64,000 bases of DNA, from contig OZ199839.1 of NCBI GenBank assembly GCA_964304625.1, forward strand, positions 9,747,250-9,811,249. The letters are read 5' to 3'. Of this stretch, positions 37,892 through 51,421 are shown one piece after another. Within the stretch, counting starts at the first letter, position 1. Every line of letters starts with the position of its first letter. The DNA comes from Kudoa neothunni (taxonomy: Eukaryota; Animalia; Cnidaria). The notes under the pieces are model-generated. The model was not told the DNA's origin. It made no database searches and saw only the letters and a list, made by a program, of their open reading frames with translations. The translations under genes were made by a program, and so were the position numbers.

Positions 37892-40847
37892 ATGGTCTCA
37901 TTTAGCTTGCTTGTTGCATTATTTTGTAATAAATTAAAATTCTCGCATCTTTTGAACCATCTTAGGCATACAGAAGAATTTTGTGTTTGGGGTTCAAGAA
38001 GAGACTACACAGCCTGCCAAAGTTCTTACGTACCGCATAGCAGATAGTGACAAAGTACATCTGACTTTATCTGGATCAATTTATTCTGCCCAAGATAAAA
38101 AGTGTTTTATAAGAAAAGAAAAGGAAGGTGCAGTTGAATTTGATGATATAAATACATGTGAGGAAAATATTAGTGAGCATGGAGAAAGCAAATGCCTTCG
38201 TCCTTGTACTGGAGATATCAAATTGACATTTGATAAGCTTTCACCCAAAACAAAATATGTCTATGTATATTCTGGGGATGATGCCAACACAATTAAAACA
38301 AAGATCACTGGCGGAGATGTGTTTGGATTGTCAATTCGTAATTGTTAGTAATTTGTTTTAAAAATAATTAAATATAGCTCTCTTGGTGAATCCAATAGTC
38401 ACAATTTCTACAGACACTTCAGGGAAACTGAAACTTCTAACAAAAACATGCCCCAAAGTCGCTTGTCCCATTTATTACAATGGTGTTAAATATGCCGAAG
38501 GGCTGATCGCAACTAACTGTGTAACTGATATTAATAATACGGTTGATTTTGACGTGTTAATACCTTATTATGAAATGAAATGTGTAAATTATCCAAGCTT
38601 TTTCTACCATATGCCAAATACATACATGAGAAAAAACATTGATATATATAAACCCCCAATATTATGTGACCTATAAAGAGGGTGACAACGCAAAAACGAA
38701 ATATCTCTTAAAGTTTACAAATGCTTTCCCATCAGAAATTTGTTTTTTTAATGTGAAAGACGCAGCAACTACTTCACAGGGGAGTACAAATGATTACGAA
38801 TCATCGTGTGGTGGTGAGGCTGGAAAAAAATGTTATGCACCATGTGATAATGTTGAATTGGCGCTTGCTACATCCAAGCCGATCGTGAAAATATTAATTC
38901 AAACTAGATACCATACATTTGGAGTGGATGGAACCAGCGATGATGGTTATGAAGAGAAAAAATTTGGTAAGATTTCATTAAATTTTAAGTAATTTATGTT
39001 AATTTTAGCTGTTGTTGAGTCGGCAAGTGCAAGCACCCTATTAACAACACATACTGCTACTGGAGTAACACTTAACAGATCCCTCTATAATCCAGAGAAT
39101 AATAATAATAATGTTAAATTTACGAATTGCAACTTAAAATCCTTTCCAGCCGATTCTCCAAGACTTACAGAGGGAAGGGCAGTTAACTGCCCAAGCGATG
39201 CTTGTCAAAATGATTGTTCAGCAACCTCCATTATTGGCGGATTGACTGCAGGAAAAGCATATATAATTGAAATAGCTCCTACTACCGATTTAGATAATTA
39301 TACTGGTTTTAAAGAATATTTGTTTTTCAGAACAAGTAATTTAGCAAAGTTTACAATCATTATTACAATTTATTCTCAGCTAAAGCTAGCGCGTCAAATT
39401 ACGTTACTACCTCTCCCACAACAACCGACGTAACAGCTACATTAAAGGCAATATCCGAAGCAGTGGGATCTGATAAGAGTGAACCGACATGTGCATATTA
39501 TTTCAGTGAACAAGGGAAAGGAAAATTTGTGGAAGCAGTATGTGAAGATAGTAAACCATGCAGAGGATTTTGTAGGGACATCAAGAAATTGATAAATCTA
39601 AATCCCAAAACAAATTATGATATTAAGGTTGTTTCAAATAAATTCTATGGAATAAAAATATTTGAAAATGTCTCAACAAGTAAAAATATGATATTGAAAT
39701 CTCATTTAATTTACGGTTGATAGTTTTTTCAACCCTCACCCTATCCCACAAGTTTCTCGATAAAGGATTTCGAGTTGTTGGAAGATTAACAACTGCATAT
39801 CCAGAAGCAATATGTCATTATAAACTTAAAGTTAAAAATGGAATTAGTTCGGATGTAGTTTATTCCTGCCCAACAATTGCCCCTTCTCCTCCACAGGACA
39901 ACCCACCCAATACTAATGCTGTTCAATCTTCCACGAATAAAAATTTAGAACAATCTAATTTGATAAGTCATCTAAATTCTTACAATAATAGAGTAGCAAG
40001 AGCGAGTGGCGTAGCTGATATAACTCCAAGTTCATCTACGAACACTCCAACTATAATTTCTCCTACCACAACAACCAAGTCTAAGTTCCCACCATGCAAT
40101 AAACCACCTCTATGCAGCAGCATAATAATCAGCGAGGGTTACGAGGCTGATAAAGAATACCAATTATTGGTTACAGCTGTGGACAGATCGGAAGAAATTA
40201 CTATCAATATTCCCAAAAGTACGATATTTATTTATCAAACTATATAAAGTTCTAATATATCACACACAAATAGATGCTCTCCCTGAGAATCCTGAGGAAG
40301 TAGATAAACAAATCACAGTGATTATCGAAAGAGTTGGCGATACTTTAAAAATCACATCATTGCTTCCAAAACAAAAGAATGAAAATTCATTGTGTCGATG
40401 GATATTGAAAGATATGAACGATCCTTCTTTACCAATAGTGAAAAAGTGTGACACTGTTGGAAGTAGTAGGTGTAAACTTCCAACATGTAAATCATTCACA
40501 ATTGAGCGCGTAAGCGATACCAGTGATTATCATTTAACGGTTATTCACTCCCAAGACCCTACAATAAAAGGCGTTGGGAGAATTAAACAAGGTAGTTAAC
40601 AATAAATTATTATTATTTTAATGATCAATATAGGAGAAACTTCTAATCAATCAAAGTAAAATTGTAAAATGATAATATTAAATTTGATTTAATTTTTAGG
40701 GCGAGCACGTCAATGTATTTTTTTAATTATTTGAGTATATTTTAATGAGATACCATACATTTTAGGATAATTGGAATTATTGTTCCGATTGTTATCGTTG
40801 TAGTAGCAGTTGGATTGTACTTTGGTTACAAGAAGAATAAATCTTAG
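37892..40847 (+). CDS. Cys-rich modular type-I membrane protein, copy A (10 exons, +1 frameshift in a C5 run near 38653)
   Basis: Signal peptide MVSFSLLVALFCIQKNFVFG, nine 40-55 nt GT-AG introns, TM segment IIGIIVPIVIVVVAVGLYFGY and a KKNKS tail. One extra C relative to copies B and C. Confidence 0.8.
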
Positions 40848-41515
40848 GAATCGATCTAAACATCAGCTTATTAGTCTTAATAAAACAATATTTTTATTTT
40901 AAAAGTTTAAATTTTAACTTTTCATATACTTCATTTTTTTCAAATAAATACATTATTTATGTTCTATTTTGAGTTAATAACAAAATAAGTATTGGGATCA
41001 TCCCAACTATCTAATTCCATTTATGCTTTTAACCTATATTCTACATTTTTATGATATGAATTAATAAATTATTTTTTTATTTATATGATAGCTTTTCTGT
41101 TAATCTAAGTTAACTCTCAATTTGAAATACTAATAGCAGTTTATCAAAAATATTCCATCCAAAGCATATCCTATAAAACTGTTATAAAGGTTTTGAAAAT
41201 TAATAACCCAATTATATTTAAAAGAATTATTTAATTTACACGAGAATATTTCTCACAGTAAAAAAGTCATTAAAATATATTCCATTCACTATGGAATAAT
41301 TATAGATAATTAATATAAGATCACTATCTCCACATATTTAAAATTAATCATTTCTTGATTTATTTAATTAATTAATATACAATTCCTACATCATCCAATA
41401 TTAACTATTATCAAAATATTTTATTTATGGGCACAATAGATAAGACATTCATAGGAAACAACACAACAATAAACTATAAACTAAACGTGAAGATTTTTTG
41501 TCTTATTGTAATGAA

Positions 41516-41589
41516 TGATCGCGGGTGAGGTTCGAATCGGCGAGCCATAGCTTAAAAGGCGGTGGTGCCATATCGCTATGTTATTGATC
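41516..41589 (-). pseudogene. Degenerate tRNA-Lys(UUU)-like sequence or SINE head
   Basis: Minus strand has an anticodon-loop-like CTTTTAA and a T-loop GATTCGAACC. Acceptor stem broken. Paralogous copy at 51356-51421. Confidence 0.4.
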
Positions 41590-41634
41590 GCGCATTAGTT
41601 GACTTTGGTTTAAAACTATTATACCAACAATTAA

Positions 41635-41785
41635 CCCTTACAGGACGGTGTTCGGAAAATGTACGTATGTTCTGGTGTGGGGTCCGCGCGGACCCCAGCG
41701 GTTATTTCATTATGTAAGCGCAATTTTTATAATAACTACCATTTTATGTGATTAATATAGTGTAAAGATACGGAAACAATTATTA
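41635..41785 (+). mobile_element. Orphan piggyBac left end
   Basis: TTAA-CCCTT plus subterminal GGGGTCCGCGCGGACCCC. Homology to the copy-B flank stops exactly at this TTAA (51462-51465). Confidence 0.7.
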
Positions 41786-43917
41786 CATTCGGTGACCATT
41801 AATTCGTACTCCCCTCGGGGACGGAGAAAATTACGAATTATACGTCAGTAACGTCTAATTCGTAATGGCTTTGTGCGCGCGTGAAAAAAATAGCATGAAA
41901 ATTTTGATTTTATTAATTTTTAAGGCTTTCTAAAATAATCTGTTATTTTTGATTGTATTTGAGTTTTTCAATATACTCATACACATATGATTCTAATTTA
42001 GCTAATTCATCACCTAAAAAGTAGCACCAGCACCTTTGAAAAATATTTTCAAATTTTCTACAAAAATTATAGCATCTTTAGAAGTGAATTTAGGCTCCAC
42101 AGGTTCGTCCTCTACCTCTTCAGGCTCGCTAACGATTTCCTCGTATTAGATGTTCTCTAAATTATCACATACGGGAAACAAACTTTCTTCGATACCTAAT
42201 TCATCGACTTCTTCTAGAGATGTGGAACTATCTGGAGATAAAATTGTATTGGAATTTTCTGGTTCATTTACGGATGTTTTTAAGCCGAAACCAGATTTAG
42301 AAAAACAATTAATAATTGTTTCAGGAACTATTGAATTCCAAGTATCCTTAATAAGAGTCATTGCTTCCCATAAATCTAGAGGTTTTATATCCAGTCCTAT
42401 TTCTGCACGGAGCGTATATTGCCTCGTTAAGTTTTTCCGGTATGTTGCCTTAAATGAACGAATAACACCTTGATCCATTGGTTGTAGGACCGATGTGGTG
42501 TTTTTGGGGAAAATATACTATTTGAACGTTGGAGAGTTCCATGTGTTGATGGCAACTTGCATTGTCCATAAAAAGAACAATTTTTTGTTTCTACTTCTGA
42601 AAATACTATTAAGTTTTAACAGATAATTTCTAAAAATGCTTGTTATCATCCAGCCTTTCGTGTTGTACTCATAGGGAACTGGAGTATTATTTATACTTTT
42701 AAAGCATCTAGGTCGGGCATAATGACCTATCACTAAGAGGTCTAGCTTTTCACCATTCACTGAGGCTCCAAGTAGTAATGTAATCCTTTTTTTTGACTTT
42801 TTACCACAAGACATATTATTTTCAATAGCAGAAACGTAACTTTTTCCTATAATAATATAGATAAATACTTGAGCAAAAAGAATTGATTGTAGAATATTGT
42901 ATAATTTCGATCATAACGAAAAAATAATGAAGTACACATTTGGCGCCCACAAAATAATCATATTGTGGAAGTAATACTATTAACAAAAAATTTTTCATTT
43001 AATGTATGTAAAAATATCTGATCGAAACAAAAATAACCATTTTTAGGAAAAACTTACGAGGCGTTGATTGATGGAACAGCGCGGTCTCGTCGACATTGTA
43101 TATTTGATCCTCTTTATAATTTTCAAGAATTTTAATTAGTTGAGTCTTCCATTCTGTGATGATTCCTATGGGTACCATGTTAGCATCCCCATGAAAGCTA
43201 ACTTTTTTTAATTGAATCTATTTTTAAAGCCGCGAAACCATCCGTAGCTAACATTTTTGAAATCGTCATCAGAAGCACCGATCTCATTAATTTATTAATT
43301 ATTTCTGTAGTGAACCTAATATAATTAATCATCACCTTTATGTTATGGTCGAGGTTCGTCGTCGGTGGCGTGGTTAGTTTTGTTGAACCGTGTTTTCTAT
43401 AGCTTGTCGCTGCCGCGTTACAATTTCGATGGACGATAATTCGATACTTTTCGACCTCATCCAAATGAACCACTCATAAACACGTTGATCGACTTCATAT
43501 TTTCCTTTCCGCATTGATCTTCGTTGGGATGGAAGCAATTGATTCTCAAATGCTTGTGTAATTTTAGCACTTTTTTCTAAAATGCCATTCAATGTTGAAA
43601 TATAACCTATTTTGAAGTGTTTGATAGTTTCTGTCTTTCTATTTAAGGGCGGCAAACTATCATAATATTTAATTACGTCATATTTTTCCTGAAATGTTGT
43701 TCCGAATTTGTGAATTCTTTTTTCGGGCATTTAGAAATAATTACAAATTATCGGTTAATACACACTTTTAAAACTTTTTATTTGACAAAATAAAAAAATA
43801 ACTCGTATATTTAATTAACAACTAATAATAAACGTTATTTGACAAATGTAACCCAATGGATAGAGTTTTAAGGGATGTTACGAATTATCGGTTCTACGAA
43901 TTAACGGTCACCTACTG
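41786..43917 (-). mobile_element. pogo/Tigger transposon, full length, transposase pseudogenised
   Basis: TIR CAGTAGGTGACCGTTAATTCGTA (left copy has 3 mismatches) with TA TSD. CENP-B-type HTH region, IYNVDETALF, KKRITLLL, GWMITSIF and QPMDQGVIRSFK. Intron at 42847-43057. Confidence 0.92.
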
Positions 43918-43935
43918 TATTTGGTTAAAATTGTC

Positions 43936-46805
43936 GGTAAAGGGAGAGTACCCAGCTCCAAAAATTCGGCATCTTCCCGTACACGCGCATTGCCGATTGG
44001 TTTATAATTTAATTTAACACATTTTTAAAATATTGAGTGATCACGAATCAGACCCAAATTTTTATTTTGAAGAGTTGCAAAAAAACACTTTGGCAACAAT
44101 CGGGAAGCGCGCAATGTAATGCGCATACCTTTTCATAACCTTTTTCAGCCTAATTTGTCATAAATAATTCATGAAATTTATATTTTTAATTCTTATAATA
44201 TTATCGAATATGTTCTCGCGATTAAAGAATCACACAGGATAGGAGATATTTTATTTAGTGGTGTTTTGAATTTTCGATAATTATAGATGTAATAATAACT
44301 GTTATATTTATATCTCACGTTAAATTTAAAAATTTATGTGTTTTTATAATTTAATCCGATTAACAATAGTTTTTTCGATGGCGGAATTTTCAATTCAGCG
44401 TCAATTTTTATAAACTTTTGTTTAACGTGAGTGCTCTATTTACTTACCTAGCGAATAAGGGACTATTACAAAAAATGCCTGCTCGGTGCAAGAATTGCCA
44501 CGGGCATAACACTCTACGCCTCCAAGTTACAACGAGAAAAGAAACAATACTTCAATCGATCTTTGTGACGATGATATTGAGAAATACTCGTATACATGTT
44601 CAAAGTACTTTTATTTTATGTGTAGTTTTTAAAATATTAATTTTAGGAATGATTGTAGAACGCATTTTTCACTCAGGGCCTCTACCTTCTTTGGCATCAA
44701 TAACGCGATGGGGACGAATGTATCCAAATTAGCAGTGTCTCAGCTATTTGAGTTACTATACATTTGGTGTATTGAAGAACAAAGATGCAGGGTGGTAGTA
44801 TTAACTCAAATAACCGAGAAAATGGGCGGAGAAAATCGAATCGTCGAAATTGACGAATGTTTATTAAGAGGTCGCCGTAAAAACAACCGGGGAAGATTTT
44901 TAAGCATAGACAGATTGTTGGCCACCCCTAACTATTTCTTAAGGAGTAGGTTATTCCGTGGAGCGATTCCTTTGAGACGTCAGCGGAGAAATGAAAGGTA
45001 TGGTTACAGAATAAACGGCCCTTGGGTTGTTGGCATTTGCTAATGCTCTATCGATGAAGATGGCAAACGCAAATTGTTAGAATCAAGATTTTTTATTGTC
45101 CAAAAAAGGGATAAACGAACGTTGACCCAACTCGTCTTACAGGAAGTTGAAAACGGGATTACAATCTATACTGACGAGTGGTTGGGGTACACCTCTCTCC
45201 GAATTTACGGCTATAACCATATAACCGTTAATCACTCTAAAGAATATGTCACTCCAGAGGGTTACCATACTAATACGGTCGAGGTTGTGTGGCGTCATCT
45301 CAAAACAAAACTCATTCTGAAAATGAGCGTTGTGCCACGAAATTAGCTGGATTCCAACCTACATGAATCATGGTCGCGTTCCATTCATAAAGGATATTGG
45401 AATTTCTTCGAATATATTGTAACAGTTATCGCTACTATTTACCAATTAAATAATAGCTAATGAAACAAAATATTTGTGTTTTGATTCCTTTCATCTTTTA
45501 TATACTGCTATTTGTCAAAAAAACTTAAGAAAACTTTAGATTTTACCATATTAGTATTAACTATAAAATTAAAATTATATTTGCAGTAAATATATTTGAG
45601 ATTTCTCGCGCATTTTCGTTTAATGATAATAAATTAAAATATATGTTTATGATTTACCGCTAAGGCTTTATTAATGAAAAAATATTTTTTCTTTATAAAT
45701 GAAATTAGATTATGAAACTTTTTTTAAGAAAAACTAATTTTTAATTTTTGACTCACAATTGTTTCTCAGTCTTGATAATTAATACGATTATACAGTACAT
45801 TAACTATGAATTATAGTTATCACGGATCGTTACTCAAAGTATTCAATTATATTTGTACAAACCAACATTAAATTTTTTTTTGACTTATTTATAATCTAAT
45901 TATAAATAGTTAACGAATTATTCATTATACTGTCTGTAATATCATAAGGTTTTCAATTTCTTCAATATGGTTTGTTCGGTATACCGTTGTATATTTAATA
46001 TAAGTACATCAACAAAATATATGAACTAAAAAATGAAAACTTAAGGTTACACAACAATAAATAACTGGCATATATCCTTTCGGTTCAATTTCATTAATAA
46101 TTCACAGAACATATTTGATAATATTATAAAAATTAAAAATATAACTTTCACGAATTATTACGAAAAATATCTTGGTGAAAAACTATATCAAATAAAAACT
46201 TATAAAGAGTTCTAACGAAATCATTTTATAAAAACGTATAAAACAGCAAATTTATGGATTTCATATATAATATTAAAAGTTTATGTGAATTAATTCTTAA
46301 TTATTATGCTTTAGAAAGAATATTAATAATACATGTGATATATCTGTGGATTAGCTTATTTTAAAATTGGTTTGGAATATTAAAAATAATATATAAACTA
46401 AAAAATTTCATGATAAACGACTTTGCACAAGCAGAGAGCTAGAACAATTTGGCAGACGAAATTAATACACTTTAGTTATTTCGTGCAACTATAAACTGCT
46501 ATTTTTACTTTCTGCAACGTTCCGACTATTCATATTAAATTTAAGCAAGGCAAAAACACACTTAATCATGAGTAATTTGTTAAATTCATATGGAAAATAG
46601 AACAAAACTACCTTGCGCATTCACATGCACACGCACCGATTGAAGCCGAACGTGAATTTTAGCAAAAGTTTTAGAAGTGAATTATGAAGCGAATTGTTGT
46701 TCGGCCAAAAGTTTAAAATAGTGAATAATTGATTTGAAATAAAATCGGGATTGTCAGACATGCGTAAGAGGGTAAAAAATGGGAGCTGCACACTCCTCCA
46801 TTACC
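43936..46805 (+). mobile_element. Merlin (IS1595/ISXO2-like) transposon, decayed
   Basis: TIRs GGTAAAGGGAGAGTACCCAGCTCC and GGTAATGGAGGAGTGTGCAGCTCC. Motifs MGGENRIVEIDE, IYTDEWLGY, VNHSKEYV and HTNTVE. No TSD seen. Confidence 0.88.
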
Positions 46806-47783
46806 GTTCTTCGTAATAAAACGAGCATATATAATTTTATACGTAATTTTTTACATATTGAAATTGAATGTATAATTTGCTAGATTTAATTAATAACAAA
46901 ATCAACATTTATTTTTTAATGTAATTGTTACTTAAGACTATTAAAATCTACAGCATTATAATGACAATCAAAACGTAAAATCTATAATTTATGATGTTAG
47001 TCATTCCGAATAATTTATAATATCGACAGATAAAATATAACGAATAATTTTAGTGGGCATTTTTATTAATGTGAGTCTTCCGAAAGCCGAATTGATAAAT
47101 TTACAATCAAAATTTCAAAAAATGACCAATGTTTCAGAGAGATGATTCGATGAAAATAAAATTTAATGGGAGACAGAATTATCCAAGCAGCAAGAGTTCT
47201 TACTGATACATTAATATATTTTTTACTGTCAATATAACTCATTCCATACGAAATTTGAAAATTAGTTTCAATTGATTAACTACATTTTTTGCAACATATT
47301 TTCAAGAGAATAATAAAAAATGAATTAATTTTAACCCAGCTGCTACATTAAATACTCCGTTGATCTTGTTGATACAAAATCCAAAGTTTTCTTAGACAAA
47401 TTACTTTTATTAGTTGCTTTTTCATTATAACGACGGAGAGCCATTAGTTCAACTTTTTATTCTAATGAACTATGAGAAAAAATCTAATCAGCTCTTTTTT
47501 AACCCGTTTCAACCAGATATTGCATAAACAATTCCAAAGAAAGCCAAATGATAATTATTCCATATCTCTATTTAACATTAATTTTTTGTACAGAATTACA
47601 TTAAAAACGTGCTGAGGTAGTTTTGCAAAGATTATAAAATTCTACTAACTTTAAATTACTTAAATAATCCGATTAGTCATAATTTTTAGAGAGTATTATT
47701 TCTTTCATGAATAGTTATTGTTTATTGATACAATAAAATAAATAATCTGATATATATTCTACTTAATATAAATGAAGACAAAC

Positions 47784-50749
47784 ATGGTCTCATTTACCTT
47801 GATTGTTGCATTATTATGTAATAAATTAAAATTCTAGATTCTTTTTAAACCATTTTAGGCATTAAGGAAGTTTTTGTGCTTGGAGCCACAGGTGCGGCTA
47901 CCGAACCTGCCAAAGTTCTCACCTATCGCATAGCAGACAGTGACAAAGTACATCTGACTTTATCTGGAACAACTTATGCTACATCAGAAAAAAAATGCCT
48001 TATAAGGAAAGAAAAGGAAGATACGGTTGAATTTGACCATATAAATACATGTCCTAACAATGATAATTCACATGGGACTGGGAAATGTCTTCGTGCTTGC
48101 TCTGGAGATGATATCAAATTGTCGTTTGATAAGCTATCCCCCAGAACAAAATATGTCTATGTATATTCTGGGGATGGTGCCGACGCCATAAAAGAAAAGA
48201 TCACTGGTGGAGATGTGTTTGGATTGCCTATACGTATTCTTCGTTTATTATATATATATAATTGATTGAGTTTAGCGCTATTGGTGAATCCAATCATCAC
48301 AATATCCATACACGATTCAACTAAATTGAAACTTGCAACAAAAACATGCCCCAAAGTCACTTGTCCAATTTATTACAAAGGTGTCCAATACGTCGCCGGT
48401 ACCACTGGTGCTACTTGCGAAGCTGAAATTACAAATACAGTTGATTTTGACGTGCTGATACCTCACTATGAAATGAAATGTAAGAATTTACCAAGCTTCT
48501 TCTACCATATGCCAAATATATACATGAAAAAAAACATTGACATATATAAACCCCAATACTATGTGACCTATAAAGAGGGTGACAACGCAAAGACGAAATA
48601 TCTCTTAAAGTTTACAAATGCTTTCCCATCAGAAATTTGTTTTTTTAATGTAAAAGATGCAGCGGCTAGCGCACAGGGGAGTGCGAATACCTATTCATCA
48701 TCGTGCGGTGGTGATGCTGGAAAAAAATGTCATGCCCCATGTGATAATGTTGAATTGGAACTAGCTACATCCAAGCCGATCGTGAAAATATTAATTCAAA
48801 CTCGACATCATAGATTAGAAGTAGCAAACAATCAATACGATGGTTATGAAGAGAAAAAATTTGGTAAGATTTCAGTCAATTTTAAGTAATCATCATTGAA
48901 TTTTAGCTATTGTTGAGGCTACAAGTGCAAGCACTCTTTTAACAACACATTCTGCCACTGGAGTAACAATTAACCGATCTCTCTACAATCCAAGCAATAA
49001 TGAAAATAACGTAAAATTAGCTAATTGCGTATTAAAGTACTTTCCAGCTGATATACCAAGAACAACAGTGAGATCCGCGGCAAATTGTCAAAATACTGCG
49101 TGTCAAAATGATTGTTCAGTCAGCTCCACTATTGATGGATTGACTGCAGGAAAAGCATATATATTTGAAATAGCCCCTACTACCGATTTAGATAATTATA
49201 CTGGTTTTAAAGAATATTTGTTTTTCAGAACAAGTAATTTAGCAAAGTTTACAATCATTATTACAATTTATTCTCAGCTAAAGCTAGCGCGTCAAATTAC
49301 GTTACTACCTCTCCAACAACAACCGACGTAACAGCTACATTAAAGGCGATTGACGGTAATGTGGGAACAGCATCAACCGAACCAACATGTGCATATTATT
49401 TCAGTGAACAAGGAAAAGGAACATTTGTGGAAGCAGAATGTGAAGATAGTAAACCATGCAGAGGATTTTGTAGGGACATCAAGAAATTGATAAATCTAAA
49501 TCCCAAAACAAATTATGATATTAAGGTTGTTTCAAATAAAGACTATGGAATAAAAATATTTGAAAACGTCTCAACAAGTAAAAATATGATATTAAAATCT
49601 CATTTAATCTAATTTACGTTTGATAGCTTTTTCAACCCTCACTCTATCCCACAATTTCCTCGATAAAGGATTTCGAGTTGTTGGAAGATTAACAACTGCA
49701 TATACAGAAGCAATATGTCACTATAAACTTAAAGTTAAAAATGGAACTAGTTCAAATGTAGTTTATTCCTGCCCAACAATTGCCCCTTCTCCTCCACAGG
49801 ACAACCCACCCAATACTAATGCTGTTCAATCTTCCACGAATCAAAATTTAGAACAATCTAATTTGATCAGTCATATAAATTCTTACAATAATAGAGTTGC
49901 AAGGGCAAGTGGTGTAGCTGATTTAACTCCAAGTTCATCTACGAACACTCCAACTACGATTACTCCTACTGCGACTAATCAGTCTAAGTTCCCACCGTGC
50001 AATAAACCACCTCTATGCAGCAGCATAATAATCAGCGAGGGTTACGAGGCTGATAAAGAATACCAAGTATTGGTTACAGCTGTAGACAGATCGGAAGAAA
50101 TTACCATCAATATTCCCAAAAGTATAATATTTATTTATCAAACTATAGAAAGTTCTAATATATCACACACAAATAGATGCTCTCCCTGAGAATCCTGAGG
50201 AAGTAGATAAACAAATCACAGTGATTATCGAAAGAGTTGGCGATACTTTAAAAATCACATCATTGCTTCCAAAACAAAAAAATGAAAATTCATTGTGTCG
50301 ATGGATATTGAAAGATATGAACGATCCTTCTTTACCAATAGTGAAAAAGTGTGACACTGTTGGAAGTAGTAGGTGTAAACTTCCAACATGTAAATCATTC
50401 ACAATTGAGCGCGTAAGCGATACCAGTGATTATCATTTAACGGTTATTCACTCCCAAGACCCTACAATAAAAGGCGTTGGGAGAATTAAACAAGGTAGTT
50501 AACAATAAATTATTATTATTTTAATGATCAATATAGGAGAAACTTCTAATCAATCAAAGTAAAATTGTAAAATGATAATATTAAATTTGATTTAATTTTT
50601 AGGGCGAGCACGTCAATGTATTTTTTAATTATTTGAGTATATTTTAATGAGATACCATACATTTTAGGATAATTGGAATTATTGTTCCGATTGTTATCGT
50701 TGTAGTAGCAGTTGGATTGTACTTTGGTTACAAGAAGAATAAATCTTAG
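47784..50749 (+). CDS. Cys-rich modular type-I membrane protein, copy B (10 exons, ~850 aa, apparently intact)
   Basis: Same exon-intron structure as copy A. The spliced frame is open from ATG 47784 to TAG 50749. Confidence 0.85.
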
Positions 50750-51355
50750 GAATCGATCTAAACATCAGCTTATTAGTCTTAATAAAACAATATTTTTATT
50801 TTAAAAGTTTAAATTTTAACTTTTCATATACTTCATTTTTTTCAAATAAATACATTATTTATATTCTATTTTGATTTATATAATAACTTTTCTGTTAATC
50901 TTAGTTAACTCTCAATTTGAAATACCAACAACAGCTAATTAAAAATATTGAATGACATTTTCTATTAATATACTTACTTCGAAAAAATATTCCATCCAAA
51001 GCATTTCCTATAAAACTGTTATAAAGGTTTTGAAAATTAATAACCCAATTATATATCAATGATATATTAAAAAAATTATTTAATTTAGACATGAGAATAT
51101 TTATCACAGTAAAAAAGTCATTAAAATATATTCCATTCACTATGGAATAATTATAGATAATTAATATAAGATCACTATCTCCACATATTTAAAATTAATA
51201 ATTTTTTGATTTATTGTAATTAATAAACAATTCCTACATCATCCAATATTAACTATTATCAGAATATTTTATTTATGGGCACAATAAATAGGACATTCAT
51301 AGGAAACAAGACAATAATAAACTAAACATGAAGATTTTTGTCGTATTTTAATGAA

Positions 51356-51421
51356 TGATCGAGGGTGGGATTAGAACCGGCGACCCATAACTTAAAAGGC
51401 AATGATGCTCTGCCGCTGATC
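51356..51421 (-). pseudogene. Degenerate tRNA-like sequence, duplicate of 41516-41589
   Basis: Minus strand reads CAGCGGCAGAGCA...CCTTTTAAG...GGTTCTAATCC. Confidence 0.4.

Noticed and set aside
40260-40499. Antisense 79-aa ORF conserved in all three copies (also the antisense ORFs over the sHSPs)
   Set aside because: Shadow frames, explained by nucleotide identity of the sense exon.
37983-40599. Operon-like run of small ORFs repeated three times
   Set aside because: They are exons of a single spliced gene per copy.
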